IMG/VR virus record: IMGVR_UViG_3300020043_001303
Location: 1-60,036 of that record
Direction: 5' to 3' (one strand)
Length of the DNA stretch: 60,036 nt
Origin: a virus
Lineage: Duplodnaviria > Caudoviricetes
Position numbers and translations under genes: made by a program. Position 1 is the first letter of the stretch; each line of letters starts with the position of its first letter. The notes under the pieces are model-generated. The model was not told the origin of the DNA, made no database searches, and saw only the letters and a program-made list of their open reading frames with translations. Positions 53,859 to 60,036 of the stretch are shown piece by piece.

Positions 53859-56410
53859 TCATCCTTTTTAGTAGGTTCGTTGTTTGCACGCTCAGCAGCC
53901 ATGGCTGCGTGACGCATCTTTTGTTCATGCACTTGTCCGCCGTGGGCCATCTTCTGCTGAGCCTGAGCCTGCTGCATCATCATGGCTTGCTGTTGCTGGG
54001 CTTGCGCCTGCTGCAACTCCATCTGTTTCGCTGCAATCTCCAGAGCATGTAACTCCTGAGCCTGAGCAATCTCTTGCTGTAGACGCATCGCTGCCATGGC
54101 TGGGTCTTCACCCATTTTGGCTGAGCTCTCTTGCGCCTTGAGTGACAACTCTTCAGCCTTGAGCTGCAAGTCACCCTTGACCTTGAGCGCCTTAGTGTCA
54201 GAGTCCTGCTTCTTGATCTGAAGCTCGGCCTGCTGCATCTGAACGATCGGGTCTTGAGCCTGAGCCATCGCCTGCTGCTGAGCAACCTTGGCCTTGTCCA
54301 TCTGGAGCAGTTGAGTAGCGGCCTGTGCCACAAGTTTAGAAATCTGCACTTCAGCGTTTTCATCCAACGCCGCATCTGGTGCGGGTAGGGTAGCGCCAAG
54401 CTGTTCCTGTAACTTGTTGCGATACTGGAACGCGACGTGTTGTGCAATGTGAGCCATCATCGCGCCTTGAATCTGCTGAGCCATGGGGTTCTGGCCAAGC
54501 TGACCCATCACCATCGGGTCCTGCAACATGCTGGTGTGAACAGCGATGTGAGCATCGTGGTCTTGGTAGATAAACGCCTTGGTGGGCTGGCCAGTCAGGA
54601 ACGACATGTTCTCCGACACGGGGTCGCGTGGAGTCTGGTCGTCATCGATCGGCACAAGTTTCTCTGCGTTCTTGATGCCAAGCACTTCAATCATCTGACG
54701 GTGCAAGACGGGCAAGTTGTAAATCTGAGGAGCGCCTTGAGCCAACTGGATCACAGCCTGATACTGCATGATCCGCTGAGCCATCGTCGCACTGTTCGGA
54801 TCCGACACAGGAATCACAGACACCAAGTCATAGTCACCCTGCTTGGCCATGCGGCTGCCTTCAACTGGGTCGTATGAATACTCAGCAGGGCTGTGGTCAC
54901 GGATGATGTCACGCAGAAGCTTGAACTCCTGCTTCATGCTGTAGTGCACGCGAGCTTGAACCGCGCTCATCGTCTTGAGTTGACGCTCAAGCAGAGCCAG
55001 AGTTGTACCGACAGGTGCGTTTGCGCTCATGTCGCTGATGTTCATGTCAGCAATAGAACCTAAACGACGGCCTTCTTCAGTAATTCGCTCAAGCAACCCC
55101 GCCAAAACTTGACTTGGCTCTTTGTACGGAAGGGCCATGATGTTATCGCGCACAGAACCAGCTGGCACGTCCACATCACGGAACTCACCGGGAGCGATCG
55201 GAGTGTCATCTCCCTTGATGCGCAGACCACGAGTCTTCAAGCCACCGGGCAAGTTGCTCAATGTACCAGCGTCAACCAACTGACGAATGATAGATGTACC
55301 TGCGCGGGCGTAGCCACCGATCAAGTGAATCAGACCCAAACCATATGCGCCGAAGCCGGGGACATATGTGTACTGCACAAAGTGCTGACGCTTGAGTTTC
55401 TTCTCGTCGTCTTCGTTCCAGTTGCGACGGATGGCCAACACTTTAGTTGTGCCGCGCTCGATCGTAATCACGTATGGTCGTGCAATACCTTCTTCATCTT
55501 CGTAACCGGGCAGGTCATAGTCGATGTGCACTTCAAGAATCTGATAACGATCATCGTCAGTCAGTGTGTAGCCTTGGTCTTCGGCTTTCTTCTTCTCCAC
55601 ATCAGTGTGGAAAGACTGTGGCTCACCCAAATCTTCGTCGACATAAAAGCCGCTAACCTGCAACTTCTTCAGATCATTCTTTGTCTTACGCATCACATGC
55701 GTCAAACGCTCTGCTGTGTTTGCACTAGATGCGCCGTATGGAATGATGATGTCTTCAGCGGGGATGAACATCGCCACTTGACGACCCAAGTTAGGATCAA
55801 AATAAACCTTCTTGAACGCAGCACCGGCTAGGCCCAAGTTGTACAACATGCGCTCATGCTCAGGGCGATACTCAGCCATCACCTCAGTGAGCTGATAGTT
55901 CATATCATCACGAACGCGCTCCGCAGCCTCTTCTTTAAGTTTATCGATTGCGCCGATAATCTCCGTCTTGACCGGACCTTGAGCCGGAAACGTTTCAATG
56001 ATAGTCTCACTCTGGAACCGAACAGCGGCCTCTGTGAGGACAGTGGAAAATACTCCACAAGCTCCATTCCAAGGCTCGGTTCTTTCTTCATACTTCATCC
56101 CCAAAACTTCAAGACCACGCACGTACATCTCTGTCCAGTCTTTACGACTGTTGATGTCGGCATCCACCATCTCGATGATTTCACTTGCTACTTTAGCCAG
56201 TGCACCCTCATCCATTTCTTCTGCAAGGTTGGCATCGAACTCAACCTCATTCACATCTTCAGGCAACAGGTCAATGACCATGCCGTCCATGCCAATACTC
56301 AAACCCTCTGGGTTCACAATCTCGATCTCAACATCAGGCCCTTCTTCAGCAGCCAATGCGTCCAAGCCCAGTGGAGCTTGTGACAATGAGGGGAACATAT
56401 TCGTAGCCAT
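53855..56410 (-). CDS. portal protein
   Basis: 851 aa; SRKDW..Y..GL..LG...PW.GA; G.AFKKVYFD; PGFG.YG.GLIH; Gln-rich coiled-coil tail; follows terminase. Confidence 0.88.
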   Translation of the reverse strand: MATNMFPSLSQAPLGLDALAAEEGPDVEIEIVNPEGLSIGMDGMVIDLLPEDVNEVEFDANLAEEMDEGALAKVASEIIEMVDADINSRKDWTEMYVRGLEVLGMKYEERTEPWNGACGVFSTVLTEAAVRFQSETIIETFPAQGPVKTEIIGAIDKLKEEAAERVRDDMNYQLTEVMAEYRPEHERMLYNLGLAGAAFKKVYFDPNLGRQVAMFIPAEDIIIPYGASSANTAERLTHVMRKTKNDLKKLQVSGFYVDEDLGEPQSFHTDVEKKKAEDQGYTLTDDDRYQILEVHIDYDLPGYEDEEGIARPYVITIERGTTKVLAIRRNWNEDDEKKLKRQHFVQYTYVPGFGAYGLGLIHLIGGYARAGTSIIRQLVDAGTLSNLPGGLKTRGLRIKGDDTPIAPGEFRDVDVPAGSVRDNIMALPYKEPSQVLAGLLERITEEGRRLGSIADMNISDMSANAPVGTTLALLERQLKTMSAVQARVHYSMKQEFKLLRDIIRDHSPAEYSYDPVEGSRMAKQGDYDLVSVIPVSDPNSATMAQRIMQYQAVIQLAQGAPQIYNLPVLHRQMIEVLGIKNAEKLVPIDDDQTPRDPVSENMSFLTGQPTKAFIYQDHDAHIAVHTSMLQDPMVMGQLGQNPMAQQIQGAMMAHIAQHVAFQYRNKLQEQLGATLPAPDAALDENAEVQISKLVAQAATQLLQMDKAKVAQQQAMAQAQDPIVQMQQAELQIKKQDSDTKALKVKGDLQLKAEELSLKAQESSAKMGEDPAMAAMRLQQEIAQAQELHALEIAAKQMELQQAQAQQQQAMMMQQAQAQQKMAHGGQVHEQKMRHAAMAAERANNEPTKKDE

Positions 56411-56418
56411 ATCAATCC

Positions 56419-57924
56419 TTAGTAGTACGCCGCAACTTTACGGCGGAAATATCTTTGCTCTTCGGGTTCATCCGATGGCAGTCTTATGAAGCCCCCTTGT
56501 CTAAACCGCATCAACGCTTGCGTTGTAGAGTCAACAAGGTCATCGTTCGTGCCACTGGGGAAGTCGTTGCATTCTTCAATAACTTCTTTAGCCCATCTTC
56601 TGTCCGGTGCCCATACTATCCCAGAAGATAACAAATCCGAAACAGCGTTCACACGCGATATTTTGTCTTGTCCTTTGCCCGGAGTAAACTCCCCCACAGG
56701 AATTCCCATCCGCCTGAGCTCTTGGTAAAGCGCCGAGCCGTTGGACTTTTTCTCCACGATGAACGCATCTGGCTCCCACTCTTTGTATTCTTCAAGCACC
56801 ATCTTCTTCAAATCAGGAAACTCCATACGCCTCTTGATCGCATTGAGTAAGATGATGTTGTAGTTGTTTGTCTCTTCGTTGAAGAACACACCCCACGTTG
56901 TCAGGGCGTTGTAGTCAGACCTGTTGTTAGATTCTTGAGCCGCGTCAAGACTCATAATAGTAAATTCGCACGAGGGAGGATCGTCCTTCTCCCATATCTG
57001 CCACCACTCCCGTTTTAGCAGCGCGCCCTCTTCAGACACAGGGTTCTGCATGTACTGGGCCTGCCAGTAACGGGGGTCCATACCTGCTTTTTTACCCAGT
57101 AGTTCTTCTAACGACCAAAACTCACTCCAAAGCGGCTTGTCGTTGAGGATCGCAGGGAACTCTACGATCTCCCACTGATCCACATCTTCCTCTTTGCCCA
57201 TCTGATTCACGATCATGCCGGTCAAGTCAAGCTTTGACCACCGTGTCATCACAATAATGATGGAACCACCCGGCATAAGTCGCTGTAAAGGACCAGACTG
57301 AAACCACTCCCAAGCAGGCAAAAACACATCAGGACGGCCAGTTTTTGCTTCCTGTTCAGAGTGGGGATCGTCAATAATAAACAAATCAGCCCCGCGACCT
57401 GCAAGAGCGCCGCCCACACCAATTGCAAAGTATTCTCCTTGAAAATTAGTACCCCAACGTGATGCCGACTTCGAGTCCGCCTGCAATTCGACCTGCGGAA
57501 AGATGTCTTTATAGGCGTCAGAACCCACCAAATTTCGCACTCTGCGGCCAAAATTCACGGCCAAATCAGCCGTGTGAGAGGCCATAATGACCTTCTTATG
57601 AGGGTATTTACCTAGAAACCACGCCGGCGCAAGGTAAGAAATCATCTCTGACTTACCGTGACGGGGGGCAATGTTCACAATCACCCGTCTTTTCTTGCCA
57701 TTGGCTATATCTTCGAAGATTTTGGCCAGTCTTCTGTGGTGTGGACCTACTTTATAGCCCGGATATACGTGGTTGATGTAGGTTAAGAAGTCATCTTTAC
57801 CCACCTGCTGCACAGAACCGCTGTCATACGTCTTCAAAAGCTCCAAAGTATGGAGTTTCTGCTCCAACGGCATCGTTGGGAGCGCATCTTTGATGGCTTT
57901 TAGCTGTTCAGGGGTGATCTTCAC
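56419..57924 (-). CDS. terL: terminase large subunit
   Basis: Walker A APRHGKSE, Walker B IIDDPH, MTRW...DL, nuclease SLDAA...DDLVDS. Confidence 0.95.
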   Translation of the reverse strand: MKITPEQLKAIKDALPTMPLEQKLHTLELLKTYDSGSVQQVGKDDFLTYINHVYPGYKVGPHHRRLAKIFEDIANGKKRRVIVNIAPRHGKSEMISYLAPAWFLGKYPHKKVIMASHTADLAVNFGRRVRNLVGSDAYKDIFPQVELQADSKSASRWGTNFQGEYFAIGVGGALAGRGADLFIIDDPHSEQEAKTGRPDVFLPAWEWFQSGPLQRLMPGGSIIIVMTRWSKLDLTGMIVNQMGKEEDVDQWEIVEFPAILNDKPLWSEFWSLEELLGKKAGMDPRYWQAQYMQNPVSEEGALLKREWWQIWEKDDPPSCEFTIMSLDAAQESNNRSDYNALTTWGVFFNEETNNYNIILLNAIKRRMEFPDLKKMVLEEYKEWEPDAFIVEKKSNGSALYQELRRMGIPVGEFTPGKGQDKISRVNAVSDLLSSGIVWAPDRRWAKEVIEECNDFPSGTNDDLVDSTTQALMRFRQGGFIRLPSDEPEEQRYFRRKVAAYY

Positions 57925-58462
57925 TGCTAATTACCCTAGTCTGCACGTCGATTGTGCGTTTTTCCAACTTATCCAGCGTCTCAAGCAGCTCTTTTTCCAC
58001 TTCTTCAAGGGATGCTTGCTTGTGAGTCACCTCTGAGCGCTTCTTAAATGCATCAACGCCATCAACATCACCCAAAGCCTTGATCGCACCGAGTCTGACG
58101 GTACTGTTTGGGTTCTCTGTTTCGGCAACGAGCTTATTGACAACGTACAGTTTGAAGTCAGCCAGCTCCCGCACGATCATGTGGTCGTATGTAGCCACCA
58201 TACCAGCAAGGTATGCAATCGTTTCATTAGGGTAGTTGGCTAAAGCAGGGGTTGTTTTGTTTGCAACGACCTTTTCCATCAACTCTCGGGCTTCGCCCTT
58301 GTGTTCAACAGTGGGTTCGATGGGGGTTCCGTTCAGATCAGAGATCATTTTGACTGTACGGGCACGCATTTCCAGCTCTTCCTTTGGAGAAAGAGGTGGC
58401 ATGGCCTCCGTCGCTGAGGCCGGCAGCGGAATATCCGCTTCTACATTAGGCATGTGTTGCAT
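57908..58462 (-). CDS. putative terminase small subunit
   Basis: Helical protein directly upstream of and overlapping terL; RL.A.K.LG..GV..F. Confidence 0.6.
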   Translation of the reverse strand: MQHMPNVEADIPLPASATEAMPPLSPKEELEMRARTVKMISDLNGTPIEPTVEHKGEARELMEKVVANKTTPALANYPNETIAYLAGMVATYDHMIVRELADFKLYVVNKLVAETENPNSTVRLGAIKALGDVDGVDAFKKRSEVTHKQASLEEVEKELLETLDKLEKRTIDVQTRVISSEDHP

Positions 58463-58487
58463 AAGAGGGAATAGCACTCCTATAAAT

Positions 58488-58709
58488 TGTCGGTGGCTCA
58501 CATAAAGCAGTGTGCTTGAACTCAAAGACCTTAAAGGTTTATGAAGTAGCGGCGCTAACCCACTACACCACCAACAAGTATGAGGACTGCCTCTGCTTTG
58601 CAAGGAACACGTAGTACAGAGTCTGTCCAGTCAATCCCCATGCTTGTTAGTGTTGGCCGACTGGGTTCTCCCGATCCACGCGCACAGGTTTCCTATTACG
58701 CTAGCCAAC
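58488..58709 (-). ncRNA. candidate three-domain structured leader of the late operon
   Basis: Stems 58704-58709/58652-58657, 58632-58651/58570-58589 (20 bp), 58567-58576/58488-58497; follows extended -10 at 58716-58726. Confidence 0.5.
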
Positions 58710-58890
58710 GAAATAAATATACCACATATTTGTAAAGGGTGGTAGGAATCCTACCCGGGGGGTGTTCCTATATTGAGGGGGTGGGGTCTGGTGTTGGCGT
58801 AAATGCCAACAGGGGGAGCTTTGAAAAATACGTGGTGATTTGTGTAAGTCTTAGAGTAATGGGGAACACGGGAGTCCCAAAGTCCCAAGT

Positions 58891-58910
58891 GGGGGTCGGG
58901 TACGGGTGGG
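58891..58910 (+). other. canonical G-quadruplex-forming sequence
   Basis: GGGGG-TC-GGG-TAC-GGG-T-GGG. Confidence 0.5.
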
Positions 58911-58927
58911 TCTGATCCCGCCAGAAC

Positions 58928-58991
58928 TTTACTTTTCCATCAGGGATTGGGTATAAGTGTTACATCAGACAGACAGTTCGGTGTGTTTGAT
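58928..58991 (+). promoter_or_regulatory. early promoter copy A (TTTACT-18-TATAAG plus 5' hairpin)
   Basis: Shares 23-nt TTACATCAGACAGACAGTTCGGT with 60009-60031. Confidence 0.65.
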
Positions 58992-59019
58992 TTGTTCAAC
59001 GCTTTAACTAGGAGAGATT

Positions 59020-59208
59020 ATGTTTAAAGCATTATGGGTTTGGTTGACTCACTACAAAGTGATCATCCAGTGGGAAGACAAGACATTCGTGCACTATGCG
59101 TACACGATGAATGAGGCGCTCAGTTGGGCGGCTCAGTACAAGCTGACTCACACGGTTGTGTTGATCGGCATCAGAGGCAGACTGGTCGCGGCTCGCGGCG
59201 AGTGGTAA
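59020..59208 (+). CDS. hypothetical early protein
   Basis: AGGAG RBS, followed by terminator. Confidence 0.7.
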   Translation: MFKALWVWLTHYKVIIQWEDKTFVHYAYTMNEALSWAAQYKLTHTVVLIGIRGRLVAARGEW

Positions 59209-59211
59209 CAC

Positions 59212-59235
59212 GAGGGGCTTCGGCCCCTCTTCTTT
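59212..59235 (+). terminator. intrinsic terminator, cUUCGg loop
   Basis: GAGGGGC-TTCG-GCCCCTC-TTCTTT. Confidence 0.75.
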
Positions 59236-59250
59236 AACTTAGGAGATCAT

Positions 59251-59373
59251 ATGTTCTATTCAATGCATGTGCGAGTCGGTAATGAGGTTCGCATTGGTTA
59301 CTTCTTCTTGTCATTCAAGAAGCCGTTCTACATCAGCCGTAAGGTTGCATTCTATTTAAACCAAGGAGAGTGA
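59251..59373 (+). CDS. 40-aa hypothetical protein (MFYSMHVRVGNEVRIGYFF...)
   Basis: Translated by hand; AGGAG RBS. Confidence 0.55.
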   Translation: MFYSMHVRVGNEVRIGYFFLSFKKPFYISRKVAFYLNQGE

Positions 59374-59374
59374 C

Positions 59375-59605
59375 ATGAAAACATTAGGTGAAGTTTTGCG
59401 TGACAAGATCAACGCATCGATTGAAGAGCGCCAGCAACTTGAGCGCAACTTTTGGACAGTCTGCTTGGATGTGTACGCAACGCGCCCCGCATGGATAGAC
59501 ATCTCAGGATGGTCTGACGCAAAGCTGATCAGCGAGACTAAAGCGATGGGTGATCCAAGCTGTGACATCCACCAACTCTTAAACCGGTACGAGCAACTTA
59601 ACTAA
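59375..59605 (+). CDS. hypothetical early protein
   Basis: AAGGAG RBS; DVY..RP motif. Confidence 0.7.
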   Translation: MKTLGEVLRDKINASIEERQQLERNFWTVCLDVYATRPAWIDISGWSDAKLISETKAMGDPSCDIHQLLNRYEQLN

Positions 59606-59615
59606 GGAGAGCAAC

Positions 59616-59861
59616 ATGCACTACGAAATTTCATACGACACAACAGACGCCAAAGCTGAAGCCAAAGCAATCAAAGACATCAAAGACTTCTGGGGTGCAA
59701 AGCACTTCAAGAAAGTTACCAAAGCTCTGGCTGATGATCATGGTCGCTCTAGTAAGAAAATGATCTTGATCAGTTTATCAATCTGCGGTGGCATTGAGGG
59801 TTACCCAGCTCAAGTACTGCTCAACAAGTATTGGTCACCACAGATGCGGTTTGATTTCTAA
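59616..59861 (+). CDS. hypothetical early protein
   Basis: AAGGAG RBS, followed by terminator. Confidence 0.7.
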   Translation: MHYEISYDTTDAKAEAKAIKDIKDFWGAKHFKKVTKALADDHGRSSKKMILISLSICGGIEGYPAQVLLNKYWSPQMRFDF

Positions 59862-59862
59862 C

Positions 59863-59889
59863 AAAAGGGACTTCGGTCCCTTTTTATTT
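59863..59889 (+). terminator. intrinsic terminator, cUUCGg loop
   Basis: AAAAGGGAC-TTCG-GTCCCTTTTTATTT. Confidence 0.85.
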
Positions 59890-59938
59890 GGTCTTTTTGA
59901 TACCAGTTATTTGTCGTCGCGGGCGTTGGGCGCGCGAG

Positions 59939-60036
59939 TCAAGCGGATCACCTAGCGTTTCACGTCCCGCTGAAACTTTACTTTAAGGTCTAGGGTCAGC
60001 TATAACTATTACATCAGACAGACAGTTCGGTTTGTC
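59939..60036 (+). promoter_or_regulatory. early promoter copy B (TTTACT-18-TATAAC) preceded by third TTTCAC-N6-[G/C]TGAAA element
   Basis: 59939-59964 matches 624-649 at 24/26; 23-nt match with 58960-58982; truncated by window end. Confidence 0.65.

Noticed and set aside
22186-57551. Numerous + strand and alternate-frame ORFs within the structural arm (for example 42058-42711, 48260-48880, 51105-51809, 55109-55831)
   Set aside because: They are antisense or out-of-frame shadows of well-supported genes, with no RBS or recognisable motifs.
1-60036. Integrase/lysogeny module or alternative genetic code
   Set aside because: No recombinase was recognised, and genes are intact and tightly packed under the standard code. 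The unassembled gap could still hide genes.

Overview
The window is a near-complete (about 60 kb, no terminal overlap visible) genome of a tailed dsDNA phage with podovirus-like architecture. The + strand arm (59020-60036, continuing at 698-22022) carries early genes and replication genes. The early genes include a DUF3150-like / MoxR-type AAA+ / metallopeptidase-vWA module, VRR-NUC, glutaredoxin and DUF3310. The replication genes are a family A DNA polymerase, a Cas4-like exonuclease, an SNF2 helicase, an SSB-like protein and a primase-helicase. The - strand arm (58462-22019) carries terminase, portal, GroES-like co-chaperonin, scaffold, major capsid, a glycosyltransferase, a cluster of small basic proteins, tail proteins, a repeat-rich tail fibre, a lysis cassette and four internal-virion/ejection proteins including a 2273-aa polyvalent protein. 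I found no RNA polymerase, integrase, tRNA or CRISPR array. Most notable observations: (i) a lysis cassette with both a 3-TM holin and a T4 holin T-like single-TM/GAF protein, suggesting lysis inhibition; (ii) a recurring [FYML]-x-x-G-G motif across core, ejection and portal proteins, a possible processing or packaging signal; (iii) a kissing-loop RNA downstream of the capsid gene and two other structured leaders; (iv) an origin-like array of TTCCA/TGGAA repeats with IHF and DnaA-like boxes; (v) duplicated early promoter modules sharing a TTTCAC-N6-GTGAAA palindrome. All family assignments are from motif recognition by eye, not database searches.
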